Origin: the human T2T-CHM13v2.0 reference genome, Homo sapiens
Assembly: GCF_009914755.1 (NCBI RefSeq)
Contig: NC_060933.1
DNA length: 64,000 nt
Strand: one strand, 5' to 3'
Translations under genes and position numbers: made by a program
The notes under the pieces: model-generated
The model's database searches: none
What the model was told of the DNA's origin: nothing
The model's input: only the letters and a program-made list of their open reading frames with translations
Shown: one piece after another, positions 1 to 15,515 of the stretch
Layout: each line of letters starts with the position of its first letter
How positions within the stretch are numbered: the stretch's first letter is position 1

Positions 1-1150
1 CCATTCCATTCCATTGCAATCGAGTTGATTCCTTTGCTTTGCATTCTATTCCATTCCATTCCATTCGGGATGATTCCATTCCATTGCATTCCATTCCATT
101 CCATTCCCCTGCACTCGGGTTGATTCCATTCCATTCCACTCCATTCCGTTCCATTCTAGTCCATTCCATTGTATTCGGGTTAATTCCATTCCATTCCATT
201 CCATTCCATTCCATTCCATTACAATGTAGTTGAATCCATTCCATTCCATTCCATTCCATTACATTCCATTCCAGTCCTTTCCATTCCATTCCACTCGGGT
301 TGATTCCATTCTATTAGTTTCCATTCCATTCCATTCCCTTCCATTCCAATCTGGTTGATTCCATTCCTATCCATTCCACTCGAATACATTCCCTCCTATT
401 CCACTCAGAACGATTCCATTCCATTCCATTCCATTCCATTCCATTCCATTCCATTCCATTCCATTCCAGTTCGTTCCATTCCATTCTATTCCGTACCATT
501 CTATTCTATTCCATTCCTTTCCATTCCATTCCATTCCACTCGTGGTGATTCCATTCCTTTCCATTCCATTCGGTTTGAAGGCATTCCATTCCATTCAATT
601 CCATTCCATTCCATTCCATTCCATTCCATTCCATTCCATTGTACTCGAGTTGATTCCATTCCATTGCATTCAATTCCATTCCATTCCATTCCATTGTACT
701 CGAGTTGATTCCATTCCATTGCATTCCATTCCATTCCATTCCATTCCAATCCGTTGCATTCCATTCCATTACATTCGGATTGATTCTATTCAACTCCCTT
801 ACTCTCCATTACATTCCATTCCATTCGGGTTGTTCCATTCCATTCCATTCCATTCCACTCCATTCCATTGCACTCGGGTTGATTCCATTCCATTCCATTC
901 CATTCCATTCCATTCCGGATGATTCCATTCCATTGCATTCCGTTCCATTACATTTCCCTGCACTCGCGTTGATTCCATTCCATTCCATTCCATTCCATTC
1001 AATTCCATTCCATTGCAATTCGTTCCATTCCATTCTATTCCGTAGCATTCCATACAATTCCATTCCATTCCATTCCATTCCATTCCATTCCGTTCCATTC
1101 TGTTCCTTTCCATTCCATTCCATTCTATTCGGATTAATTCCATTCCATTC
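1..1150 (+). repeat. HSat3 sub-type B segment (same type as the distal right arm)
   Basis: Carries B markers TTGCTTTGCA (~34), CAACTCCCTTACTCTCC (791), CGGGTTGTTCC (~826) and CACTCGCGTT (961). Motif order is the reverse complement of ~56,030-56,990. Confidence 0.75.
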
Positions 1151-1439
1151 CATTCCGTTCCATTCCATTCCATTCCATTCCTTTCCATTCCATTACATTC
1201 CATTTCGTTCCATTCCATTCTATTCCGTACGATTCCATTGCATTCCATTCCATTCCATTCCTTTGCATTCCATTGAAATCGAGTTGATTCCATTCCATTC
1301 CGTTCCATTCCATTCTATTCCATTCCATTCCGGATGATTCCATTCCACTGCATTCCATTCCATTAAATTCCCCTGCACTTGGGGTGATTCCTTTCCATTC
1401 TATTCTATTCCATTCCATTCCATTCCATTCCATTCCATT

Positions 1440-3500
1440 CCATTCCATTTCATTGCAATCGAGTTGATTCCATTGCATTCCATTCCATTCCATTCCAGTC
1501 CTTTCCATTCCATTCCACTCGGGTTGATTCCATTCTATTCCTTTCCATTCCATTCGATTCCATTCCATTCCACTCTGGTTGATACCATTCCTTTTCATTC
1601 CACTCGAAAACATTCCCTTCTATTCCACTCGGAATGATTCCATTCCATTCCATTCCATTCCATTCCATTCCATTCCGTTTCGTTCCATTACATTCTATTC
1701 CGTACCATTCCACTCCATTCCATTCCATTCCATTCCATGCCATTCCTCTCGGGTTGATTCCATTCCTTTCCATTCCATTCGGGTTGAATCCATTCCATTC
1801 CATTCCTTTCCATTCCATTCCATTCCATTGCACTCGGGTTGATTCCATTCCATTCCATTCCGTTCCATTCCGGATGACTCCATTCCATTGCATTCCATTC
1901 CATTCCATTCCCCTGCACTCGGTTTCATTACATTACATTCCATTCACTTCCATTCCATTCCATTCCATTCCATTCCATTCCATTCCATTCCATTTCAATC
2001 GAGTTGATTCCATTCCATTCCATTCCATTCCATTCAATTCCGAATGATTTCATTCCATTGCCTTCCATTCCATTCCATTCCCCTGCACTCGGGTTGATTT
2101 CATTCCATTCCATTCCATTCCATTCCATTCCATTCCATTCCATTCCATTCCATTCCATTTCTTTCCATTCCATTCTATTCCGTACCATTCCATTCCATTC
2201 CATTCCATTCCATTCCATTTCCTTCCATTCCATTCCATTCCATTCCATTCCATTCCATTCCATTCCATTTCCTTCCATTCCATTCCATTCCATTCCATTC
2301 CATTCCATTCCATTCTATTAGGGTTAATTCCATTCCATTCCATTCCATTCCATTCCATTCCATGCCATTCCACTCGGGTTGATTCCATTCCTTTCCATTC
2401 CATTCGAGTTGAATCCATTCCATTCCATTCTATTCCATTCCATTCCTTTCCATTCCATTCAATTCCATTCTATTCCGGTTAATTCCGTTCCATTCCATTC
2501 CATTCCATTCCATTCCATTCCATTTCATTGCAATCGAGTTGATTCCATTGCATTCCATTCCATTCCATTCCAGTCCTTTCCATTCCATTCCACTCGGGTT
2601 GATTCCATTCTATTCCTTTCCATTCCATTCGATTGCATTCCATTCCCCTCGATTCCATTCCATCCCACTCTGGTTGATTCCATTCCTTTTCATTCCACTC
2701 GAAAACATTCCCTTCTATTCCACTCGGAATGATTCCATTCCATTCCATTCCATTCCATTCCATTTCGTTCCATTACATTCTATTCTGTACCATTCCACTC
2801 CATTCCATTCCATTCCATTCCATTCCATTCCATTGCACTTGGGTTGATTCCATTCCATTCCATTCCGTTCCATTCCGGATGACTCCATTCCATTGCATTC
2901 CATTCCATTCCATTCCCCTGCACTCGGTTTCATTCCATTCCATTCCATTCCATTCCATTCCATTCCATTCCATTCCATTCCATTTCAATCGAGTTGATTC
3001 CATTCCATTCCATTCCATTCCATTCCATTCCATTCCATTCCATTCCATTTCAATCGAGTTGATTCCATTCCATTCCATTCCATTCCATTCCATTCCATTC
3101 CATTTCAATCGAGTTGATTCCATTCCATTCCATTCCATTCCATTCCATTCAATTCCGAATGGTGTCATTCCATTGCCTTCCATTCCATTCCATTCCCCTG
3201 CACTCGGGTTGATTCCATTCCATTCCATTCCATTCCATTCCATTCCATTCCATTCCATTTCGTTCCATTCCATTCTATTCCGTACCATTCCATTCCATTC
3301 CATTCCATTCCATTCCATTCCATTTCCTTCCATTCCATTCCATTCCATTCCATTCCATTCCATTCCATTCCATTCTATTAGGGTTAATTCCATTCCATTC
3401 CATTGCATTCCATTCCATTCCATGCCATTCCACTCGGGTTGATTCCATTCCTTTCCATTCCATTCGAGTTGAATCCATTCCATTCCATTCCATTCCATTC
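1440..3500 (+). repeat. Tandem duplication, ~1.07-kb unit, two copies
   Basis: Paired markers: CATTTCATTGCAATCGAG 1446/2521; CACTCGAAAACATT 1601/2696; CACTCGGTTTCATT 1916/2921; AATTCCGAATG 2036/3151; CTATTAGGGTT 2315/3375. Confidence 0.8.
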
Positions 3501-6500
3501 CATTCCATTGCACACGGGTTCATTTCATTCCATTCCATTCCATTCCATTTCGTTCCATTCCATTCTATTCCATACCATTCCATTCCATTAGACTCCATTC
3601 CATGCCATTCCACTCGGTTTTATTCCATTCGTTTCCATTCCATTCGGGTTGAATCTATTGCATTCCATTCCATTCGATTCCATTACATTGCACTCGTGTT
3701 GTTTCCATTCCATTCCATTCCATTCCATTCCATTCCATTCCATGCCATTCCACTCGGGTTGATTTCATTCCATTCCGTTCCATTCGAGTCGAACCCATTC
3801 CATTCCATTCCATTCCATTCCATTCCATTCCAATCCATTGCACACGGGTTCATTCCATTCCATTCCATTCCATTCCATTCCATTCCATTTCGTTCCATTC
3901 CATTCTATTCGGTACCATTCCATTCCATTCCATTCGGTACCATTCCATTCCATTCCATTCCAATCCATTCCATTCCATGCCATTCCACTTGGGTTGATTC
4001 CCTTCCTTTCCATTCCATTCGGGTTGAATCCATTCCATTTCATTCCATTCCATTCCATTCCATTCCATTCCATTCCATTCCTTTCAATTCCATTGCACAC
4101 GGGTTGGTTCCATTCCATTCCTTTCCGTTCCATTCCGGATGACTCCATTCCATTGCATTCCATTCCATTCCATTCCCCTGCACTCGGGTTCATTACCTTC
4201 CGTTCCATTTACTTCCATTCCATTCCATTCCATTCTATTCGGGTTAATTCCATTCCATTCCATTCCATTCCATTCCATTCCATTCCATTCCTTTCCATTC
4301 CATTCCATTGCAATCGAGTTGATTCCATTCCATTCCATTCAATTCCGGATGATTCCATTCCATTGCCTTCAATTCCATTCCATTCCCCTGCACTCGGGTT
4401 TCCATTCCATTCCATTCCATTCCACTCCATTCCATTCCATTTCATTCCATTCCATTTCGTTCCTTTCCATTCTATTCCGTACCATTCCATTCCATTCCAT
4501 TCCATTCCATTCCATTCCATTCCATGCCATTCCACTCGGGTTGATTCCATTCCTTTCCATTCCATTCGAGTTGAATCCATTCCAATCCATTCCATTCCAT
4601 TCGATTCCATTCCATTGCACACGGGTTCATTCCATTCCATTCCATTCCATTCCATTCCATTCCATTCCATTTCGTTCCATTCCATTATATTCCGTACCAT
4701 TCCATTCCATTCCATTCCATTCCATTCCACTCCACTCCATGCCATTCCACTCGGGTTTATTCCATTCCTTTCCATTCCATTCGGGTTGAATCCATTCCAT
4801 TCCATTCCATTCCATTCGATTCCATTACATTGCATTCGGGTTGATTCCATTCCATTCCATTCCATTCCATTCCATTCCATTCCATGCCATTCCACGCTGG
4901 TTTATTCCATTCCTTTCCATTCCATTCGTGTTGAATCCATTCCATTCCATTCCATTCCATTCGATTCCATTACACTGCACTCGGGTTGATTCCATTCCAT
5001 TCCTTTCCATTCCATTTCATTCCATTCCATTCCATTCCATTCCATTCCATTCCATTCCATTCCATGCCATTCCACTCGTGTTGATTCCATTCCTTTGCAT
5101 TCCATTCGTGTTGAACCCATTCCATTCCGTTCCATTCCATTGCACACGGGTTCATTCCATTCCATTCCATTCCATTCCATTCCGTTCCATTCCATTCCAT
5201 TCCATTCCATTCCATTCCATTTCGTTCCATTCCATTCTATTCTGTACCATTCCATTCCATTCCATTCCACTCCATTCCATGCCATTCCACTCGGGTTTAT
5301 TCCATTCCTTTTCATTCCCTTTGGGTTGAATCCATTCCATTCCATTCCATTCCTTTCGATTCCATTATATTGCACACGGGTTGATTCCATTCCATTCCAT
5401 TCCGTTCCATTCAGGATGACTCCATTCCATTACATTCCATTCCATTCCATTCCCCTGCACTCGGGTTCATTACATTCCATTCCATTCCCATCCACTCCAT
5501 TCCATTCCATTCCATTCCATTTCAATCGAGTTGATTCCATTCCATTCCATTCCATTCCATTCAATTCCGGATGATTCCATTCCATTGCCTTCCATTCCAC
5601 TCCATTCCCCTGAACTCGGGTTGATTCCATTCCATTCCATTCCATTCCATTCCATTCCATTCCATTCCATTCCATTCCATTTCGTTCCATTCAATTCTAT
5701 TCCGTACCATTCCATTCCATTCCATTCCATTCCATTCCATTCCATTTCCTTCCATTCCATTCCATTCCATTCCATTCCATTCCATTCCATTCCATTCTAT
5801 TAGGGTTAATTCCATTCCATTCCATTCCATTTCATGCCATTCCACTCGGGTTGATTCCATTCCATTCCATTCCATTCCATTCCATTCCATTGCACACGGG
5901 TTCATTTCATTCCATTCCATTCCATTCCATTTCGTTCCATTCCATTCTATTCCATACCATTCCATTCCATTCCATTCCATTAGACTCCATTCCATGCCAT
6001 TCCACTCGGTTTTATTCCATTCGTTTCCATTCCATTCGGGTTGAATCCATTGCATTCTATTCCATTCAATTCCATTACATTGCACTCGTGTTGTTTCCAT
6101 TCCATTCCATTCCATTCCATTCCATTCCATTCCATGCCATTCCACTCGGGTTGATTTCATTCCATTCCGTTCCATTCGAGTCGAACCCATTCCATTCCAT
6201 TCCATTCCATTCCATTCCATTCCAATCCATTGCACACGGGTTCATTCCATTCCATTCCATTCCATTCCATTCCATTTCGTTCCATTCCATTCTATTCGGT
6301 ACCATTCCATTCCATTCCATTCGGTACCATTCCATTCCATTCCATTCCATTCCAATCCATTCCATTCCATGCCATTCCACTTGGGTTGATTCCCTTCCTT
6401 TCCATTCCATTCGGGTTGAATCCATTCCATTCCATTCCATTCCATTCCATTCCATTCCATTCCATTCCATTCCTTTCAATTCCATTGCACACGGGTTGGT

Positions 6501-6840
6501 TCCATTCCATTCCTTTCCGTTCCATTGCGGATGACTCCATTCCATTGCATTCCATTCCATTCCATTCCCCTGCACTCGGGTTCATTACCTTCCGTTCCAT
6601 TTACTTCCATTCCATTCCATTCCATTCTATTCGGGTTAATTCCATTCCATTCCATTCCATTGCAATCGAGTTGATTCCATTCCATTCCATTCAATTCCGG
6701 ATGATTCCATTCCATTGCCTTCAATTCCATTCCATTCCCCTGCACTCGGGTTGATTCCATTCCATTCCATTCCATTCCACTCCATTCCATTCCATTTCAT
6801 TCCATTCCATTTCGTTCCTTTCCATTCTATTCCGTACCAT
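3100..6840 (+). repeat. Tandem duplication, ~2.39-kb offset (second copy partial)
   Basis: TTAGACTCC 3588/5980; CGAGTCGAACCC 3785/6177; paired GGTACC 3911+3936/6298+6323; CATTACCTTCCGTTCC 4191/6583. Confidence 0.8.
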
Positions 6841-9800
6841 TCCATTCCATTCCATTCCATTCCATTCCATTCCATTCCATTCCATTCCATTTCTTTCCAT
6901 TCCATTCTATTCCTTACCATTCCATTCCATTCCATTCCATTCCATGCCATTCCACTCGGGTTTATTCCATTCCTTTCCATTCCATTCGGGTTGAATCCAT
7001 TCCTTTCCATTCCATTCCGTTCAATTCCATTCCATTGCACTCGGGTTGATTCCATTCCATTCCATGCCATTCCATTTCATTCCGTTCCATTCCATTCCAT
7101 TACATTCGGATTGATTCTTTTCAATTCCCTTACACTCCATTACATTCCATTCCATTCGGGTAGTTTCCGTTCCATTCCATTCCATTCCACTCCATTGCTT
7201 TGCACTCGGGTTCATTGATTCCATTCCATTGCATTCCATTCCATTCCATTCCATTCCGGATGAATCCATTCCATTGCATTCCATTCCATTCCATTCCCCT
7301 GCACTCGGGTTGATTCCATTCCATTCCATTCCATTCCATTCCGTTCCATTCCATTCCATTCCATTCCATTCTGTTCAGGTTAATTCCATTCCATTCCATT
7401 CCATTCCATTCCATTCCATTCCATTCCATTCCATTCCATTCCATTGCAATCGAGTTGTTTCCATTGCATTCCATTCCATTCCATTCCATTGCATTCCATT
7501 GCATTCCATTTCCCTGCACTCAGGTTGATTCCATTCCATTCCATTCCATTCCATTCCATTCCATTCCATTCTATTCGCGTTAATTCCATTCCATTCCATT
7601 CCATTACATTCCATTGCAATCGACTTGATTCCATTCCATTCCATTCCATTCCATTCCATTCCATTCAAGTCCTTTCCATTCCATTCCACTCGTGTTTATT
7701 CCATTTTATTAGTTTCCATTCCAATCCTTTCCCTTCCATTCCACTCTGGTTGATTCCATTCCTTTCCTTTCCACTCGAATTCATTCCCTTCTATTCCACT
7801 CGGAATGATTCCATTCCATTCCGTTCCATTCCATTCCATTCGATTCCATTTCCTACCATTGCATTCTATTCCGTACCATTCCATTCCATTGCATTCCATG
7901 CCATTCCACTCTGGTTGATTCCATTGCTTTCCATTCCATTTGGGTTGAATCCATTCCATTCCATTCCATTCCATTCCATTCCGTTCCATTCAGTTCCATT
8001 ACATTCGGATTGATTCTTTTTAATTCCCTCAGACTCCATTACATTCCATTCCATTCGGGTACTTTCCATTCCATTCCATTCCACTGCATTATATTGCACT
8101 CGGGTTTATTGATTCTATTCCATTGCATTCCATTCCATTCCATTCCATTCCGGATGATTCCATTCCATTGCATTCCATTCTATTCCATTCCCCTGCACTC
8201 GGGTTGATTCCATTCCATTCCATTCCATTCCATTCCATTCCGTTCCGTTCCATTCCATTCCATTCCATTCTGTTCAGGTTAATTCCATTCCATTCCATTC
8301 CCTTCCATTCCATTCCATTCCATTCCATTGCAATCGAATTGATTCCATTGCATTCCATTTCATTCCATTCCATTGCATTCCATTCCATTCCTATCCCCTG
8401 CAGTCAGGTTGATTCCATTCCATTCCATTCCATTCGATTCCATTCTATTCCATTCCATTCTATTCGCGGTAATTCCATTCCATTCCATTCTATTACCTTC
8501 CATTGCAATCGAGTTGATTCCATTCCATTCCGTTCCTTTCCATTCCATTCCATTCAAGTCCTTTCCATTCCATTCCAGTCGTGTTGATTCCATTTTATTA
8601 GTTTCCATTCCATTCCATTCCCTTCCATTCCACTCTGGTTGATTCCATTCCTTTCCATTCCACTCGAATACATTCCCTTCTATTCCACTCGGAATGATTC
8701 CATTCCATTCCGTTCCATTCCATTCCATTCCATTCCATTTCTTTCCATTCCATTCTATTCCGTACCATTCCATTCCATTCCATTCCATTCCATTCCATTG
8801 CATTCCATTCCATTCCATTCCATGCCATTCCACTCGGGTTGTTTCCATTGCTTTCCATTCCATTTGGGTTGAATCCATTCCATTCCATTCCATTCCATTC
8901 CATTCCATTCCATTCAATTGCACTAGGTTTGATTCCATTCCACTGCATTCCATTCCATTCCATTCCATTCCATTCCATTCCATTCCATTCCATTCCACTC
9001 CATTCCATTCCATTCCCCCGCACTCGGGTTCATTCCATTCCATTGCATTTACTTCCATTCCATTCCATTCCATTCCATTCCATTCCATTCCATTCCATTA
9101 GACTCCATTCCATGCCATTCCACTCGGTTTTATTCCATTCGTTTCCATTCCATTCGGGTTGAATCCATTGCATTCCATTCCATTCGATTCCATTACATTG
9201 CACTCGTGTTGTTTCCATTCCATTCCATTCCATTCCATTCCATTCCATTCCATTCCATGCCATTCCACTCGGGTTGATTTCATTCCATTCCGTTCCATTC
9301 GAGTCGAACCCATTCCATTCCATTCCATTCCATTCCATTCCAATCCATTGCACACGGGTTCATTCCATTCCATTCCATTCCATTCCATTCCATTTCGTTC
9401 CATTCCATTCTATTCGGTACCATTCCATTCCATTCCATTCGGTACCATTCCATTCCATTCCATTCCAATCCATTCCATTCCATGCCATTCCACTTGGGTT
9501 GATTCCCTTCCTTTCCATTCCATTCGGGTTGAATCCATTCCATTCCATTCCATTCCATTCCATTCCATTCCATTCCATTCCATTCCTTTCAATTCCATTG
9601 CACACGGGTTGGTTCCATTCCATTCCTTTCCGTTCCATTCCGGATGACTCCATTCCATTGCATTCCATTCCATTCCATTCCCCTGCACTCGGGTTCATTA
9701 CCTTCCATTCCATTTACTTCCATTCCATTCCATTCCATTCTATTCGGGTTAATTCCATTCCATTCCATTCCATTCCATTCCATTCCATTCCATTCCATTC

Positions 9801-10539
9801 CATTCCATTCCATTCCATTGCAATCGAGTTGATTCCATTCCATTCCATTCAATTCCGGATAATTCCATTCCATTGCCTTCAATTCCATTCCATTCCCCTG
9901 CACTCGGGTTGATTCCATTCCATTCCATTCCATTCCATTCCATTCCATTCCATTCCATTTCATTCCATTCCATTTCGTTCCATTCCATTCCATTCCATTC
10001 CATTCCATTCCATTCCATGCCATTCCACTCGTGTTGATTCCATTCCTTTGCATTCCATTCGTGTTGAACCCATTCCATTCCATTCCATTCCATTGCACAC
10101 GGGTTCATTCCATTCCATTCCATTCCATTCCATTCCATTCCATTCCATTCCGTTCCATTCCATTCCATTCCATTCCATTCCATTCCATTTCGTTCCATTC
10201 CATTCTATTCTGTACCATTCCATTCCATTCCATTCCACTCGATTCCATGCCACTCCACTCGGGTTTATTCCATTCCTTTTCATTCCATTTGTGTTGAATC
10301 CATTCCATTCCATTCCATTCCTTTTGATTCCATTATATTGCACACGGGTTGATTCCATTCCATTCCATTCCGTTCCATTCAGGAGGACTCCATTCCATTG
10401 CATTCCATTCCCTTTCCATTCCCCTGCACTCGGGTTCATTACATTCCATTCCATTCCCATCCACTCCATTCCATTCCATTCCATTCCATTTCAATCGAGT
10501 TGATTCCATTCCATTCCATTCCATTCCATTCAATTCCGG

Positions 10540-13500
10540 ATGATTCCATTCCATTGCCTTCCATTCCACTCCATTCCCCTGCACTCGGGTTGATTCCATT
10601 CCATTCCATTCCATTCCATTCCATTCCATTCCATTCCATTCCATTTCGTTCCAGTCCACTCTATTCCGTACCATTCCATTCCATTCCTTTCCATTCCAAT
10701 CCATGCTATTCCACTCGGGTTGATTCCATTCCTTTCCATTCCATTCGAGTTGAATCCATTCCATTCCATTCCATTCCATTCGATTCCATTCCATTGCACA
10801 CGGGTTCATTTCATTTCATTCCATTCCATTCCATTCCATTCCATTTAGTTCCATTCCATTCTATTCCATACCATTCCATTCCATTCCATTCCATTCCACT
10901 CCATTCCATGCTATTGCTCTCGGGTTTATTCCATTCCTTTCCATTCCATTCGGATTGAATCCATTCCTTTCCATTCAATTCCATTCCACTCGATTCCATT
11001 ACATTGCACTCGTGTTGTTTCCATTCCATTCCATTCCATTCCATTTCATTCTATTCCATTCCATTCCATTCCATTCCATTCCATTCCATTCCATGCCATT
11101 CCACTCGGGTTGATTCCATTCCTTTCCATTCCATTCGAGTTGAAACCATTCCATTCCATTCCATTCTATTCCATTCCATTCCAATCCATTGCACACGAGT
11201 TCATTCCATTCCATTCCATTCCATTCCATTCCATTCCATTCCATTTCGTTCCATTCCATTCTATTCCGTACCATTCCATTCCATTCGATTCCATTCCATT
11301 CCATTCCATTCCATGCCATTCCACTCGGTTTTTTCCATTCCTTTCCATTCCATTCGGGTTGAATCCATTCCTTTCCATTCCATTCCGTTCAATTCCATTC
11401 CATTGCACTCGGGTTGATTCCATTCCATTCCATGCCATTCCATTTCATTCCGTTCCATTCCATTCCATTACATTCGGATAGATTCTTTTCAATTCCCTTA
11501 CACTCCATTACATTCCATTCCATTCGGGTAGTTTCCGTTCCATTCCATTCCATTCCACTCCATTGCATTGCACTCGGGTTGATAGATTCCATTCCATTCC
11601 ATTCCATTCCATTCCATTCCATTCCGGATGAATCCATTCCATTGCATTCCATTCCATTCCATTCCCCTGCACTCGGGTTGATTCCATTCCATTGCATTCC
11701 ATTCCATTCCGTTCCATTCCATTCCATTCCATTCCATTCTGTTCAGGTTAATTCCATTCCATTCCATTCCATTCCATTCCATTGCAATCGAGTTGTTTCC
11801 ATTGCATTCCATTCCATTCCATTCCATTGCATTCCATTGCATTCCATTCCCATGCACTCAGGTTGATTCCATTCCATTCCATTCCATTCCATTCCATTCC
11901 ATTCCATTCCATTCCGGATGATTCCATTCCATTGCCTTCCATTCCACTCCATTCCCCTGCACTCGGGTTGATTCCATTCCATTCCATTCCATTCCATTCC
12001 ATTCCATTCCATTCAATTGCACTAGGTTTGATTCCATTCCACTGCATTCCATTCCATTCCATTCCATTCCACTCCATTCCATTCCATTCCATTCCATTCC
12101 ATTCCATTTCATTCCAGTCCACTCTATTCCGTACCATTCCATTCCATTCCTTTCCATTCCAATCCATGCTATTCCACTCGGGTTGATTCCATTCCTTTCC
12201 ATTCCATTCGAGTTGAATCCATTGCATTCCATTCCATTCCATTCGATTCCATTCCATTGCACACGGGTTCATTTCATTTCATTCCATTCCATTCCATTCC
12301 ATTCCATTTAGTTCCATTCCATTCTATTCCATACCATTCCATTCCATTCCATTCCATTCCACTCCATTCCATGCTATTGCTCTCGGGTTTATTCCATTCC
12401 TTTCCATTCCATTCGGATTGAATCCATTCCTTTCCATTCAATTCCATTCCACTCGATTCCATTACATTGCACTCGTGTTGTTTCCATTCCATTCCATTCC
12501 ATTCCATTTCATTCTATTCCATTCCATTCCATTCCATTCCATTCCATTCCATTCCATGCCATTCCACTCGGGTTGATTCCATTCCTTTCCATTCCATTCG
12601 AGTTGAAACCATTCCATTCCATTCCATTCTATTCCATTCCATTCCAATCCATTGCACACGAGTTCATTCCATTCCATTCCATTCCATTCCATTCCATTCC
12701 ATTCCATTTCGTTCCATTCCATTCTATTCCGTACCATTCCATTCCATTCGATTCCATTCCATTCCATTCCATTCCATGCCATTCCACTCGGTTTTTTCCA
12801 TTCCTTTCCATTCCATTCAGGTTGAATCCATTCCTTTCCATTCCATTCCGTTCAATTCCATTCCATTGCACTCGGGTTGATTCCATTCCATTCCATGCCA
12901 TTCCATTTCATTCCGTTCCATTCCATTCCATTACATTCGGATTGATTCTTTTCAATTCCCTTACACTCCATTACATTCCATTCCATTCGGGTAGTTTCCG
13001 TTCCATTCCATTCCATTCCACTCCATTGCATTGCACTCGGGTTGATAGATTCCATTCCATTCCATTCCATTCCATTCCATTCCATTCCATTCCATTCCAT
13101 TCCATTCCGGATGAATCCATTCCATTGCATTCCATTGCATTCCATTCCCCTGCACTCGGGTTGATTCCATTCCATTCCATTCCATTCCATTCCGTTCCAT
13201 TCCATTCTATTCCATTCCATTCTGTTCAGGTTAATTCCATTCCATTCCATTCCATTCCATTCCATTCCATTCCATTCCATTCCATTCCATTGCAATCGAG
13301 TTGTTTCCATTGCATTCCATTCCCTTCCATTCCATTGCATTCCATTGCATTCCATTCCCCTGCACTCAGGTTGATTCCATTCCATTCCATTCCATTCCAT
13401 TCCATTCCATTCCGGATGATTCCATTCCATTGCCTTCCATTCCACTCCATTCCCCTGCACTCGGGTGGATTCCATTCCATTCCATTCCATTCCATTCCAT

Positions 13501-14330
13501 TCCATTCCATTCCATTCCATTTCATTCCATTCCACTCTATTCCGTACCATTCCATTCCATTCCTTTCCATTCCAATCCATGCTATTCCACTCGGGTTGAT
13601 TCCATTCCTTTCCATTCCATTCGAGTTGAATCCATTCCATTCCATTCCATTCCATTCGATTCCATTCCATTGCACACGTGTTCATTCCATTCCATTCCAT
13701 TCCATTCCATTCCATTCCATTCCATTCCATTCCATTTATTTCCATTCCATTCTATTCCATACCATTCCATTCCATTCCATTCCATTCCACTCCATTCCAT
13801 GCTATTCCTCTCGGGTTTATTCCATTCCTTTCCATTCCATTCGGGTTGAATCCATTCCATTCCATTCAATTCCATTCAACTCGATTCCATTACATTGCAC
13901 TCGTGTTGTTTCCATTCCATTCCATTCCATTCCATTTCATTCTATTCCATTCCATTCCATTCCATTCCATTCCATTCCATTCCATTCCATGCCATTCCAC
14001 TCGGGTTGATTCCATTCCTTTCCATTCCATTCGAGTTGAAACCATTCCATTCCATTCCATTCCATTCCATTCCATTCCAATCCATTGCACACGGGTTCAT
14101 TCCATTGCATTCCATTCCATTCCATTCCATTCCATTCCATTCCATTCCATTCCATTCCATTTCTTTCCATTCCATTCTATTCCTTACCATTCCATTCCAT
14201 TCCATTCCATTCCATGCCATTCCACTCGGGTTTATTCCATTCCTTTCCATTCCATTCGGGTTGAATCCATTCCTTTCCATTCCATTCCGTTCAATTCCAT
14301 TCCATTGCACTCGGGTTGATTCCATTCCAT
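10540..14330 (+). repeat. Tandem ~1.4-1.5-kb unit, about 2.6 copies
   Basis: Identical ORF translations 1463 bp apart (10811..11044 vs 12274..12507; 10999..11319 vs 12462..12782). CCAGTCCACTCT at 10651/12114. Unit starts CCGGATGATT...TGCCTTCCATTCCACTCC at about 10537, 11914 and 13412. Confidence 0.85.
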
Positions 14331-15515
14331 TCCATTCCATTACATTTCATTCCATTCCATTCCATTCCATTTCATTCAATTCCATTCCATTCACTGCCAT
14401 TCCATTCGTGTTTATTCCATTCCTTTCCATTCCATTCGAGTTGAACCCATTCCAGTCCATTCCATTCCATTCCATTCCATTCCGTTCCATTCCATTGCAC
14501 ACGGGTTCATTCCATTCCATTCCATTCCATTACATTACATTCCATTACATTACATTCCATTTCGTTCCTTTCAATTCTATTCCGTTCCATTCCATTCCAT
14601 TCCCTTCCATTCCACTCTGGTTGATTCCATTCCTTTCCATTCCACTCGAATACATTCCCTTCTATTCCACTCGGAATGATTCCATTCCATTCCGTTCCAT
14701 TCCATTCCATTCCATTCCATTTCTTTCCATTCCATTCTATTCCGTACCATTCCATTCCATTCCATTCCATTCCATTCCATTCCATTCCATTCCATGCCAT
14801 TCCACTCGGGTTGTTTCCATTGCTTTCCATTCCATTTGGGTTGAATCCATTCCATTCCATTCCATTCCATTACATTCCATTCAATTGCACTAGGTTTGAT
14901 TCCATTCCACTGCATTCCATTCCATTCCATTCCATTCCATTCCACTCCATTCCATTCCATTCCCCTGCACTCGGGTTCATTCCATTCCATTGCATTTACT
15001 TCCATTCCATTCCATTCCATTCCATTCCATTCCATTCCATTAGACTCCATTCCATGCCATTCCACTCGGTTTTATTCCATTCGTTTCCATTCCATTCGGG
15101 TTGAATCCATTGCATTCCATTCCATTCGATTCCATTACATTGCACTCGTGTTGTTTCCATTCCGTTCCATTCCATTCCATTCCATTCCATGGCATTCCAC
15201 TCGGGTTGATTTCATTCCATTCCGTTCCATTCGAGTCGAACCCATTCCATTCCATTCCATTCCATTCCATTCCATTCCAATCCATTGCACACGGGTTCAT
15301 TCCATTCCACTCCATTCCATTCCATTCCATTTCGTTCCATTCCATTCTATTCGGTACCATTCCATTCCATTCCATTCGGTACCATTCCATTCCATTCCAT
15401 TCCAATCCATTCCATTCCATGCCATTCCACTTGGGTTGATTCCCTTCCTTTCCATTCCATTCGGGTTGAATCCATTCCATTCCATTCCATTCCATTCCAT
15501 TCCATTCCATTCCAT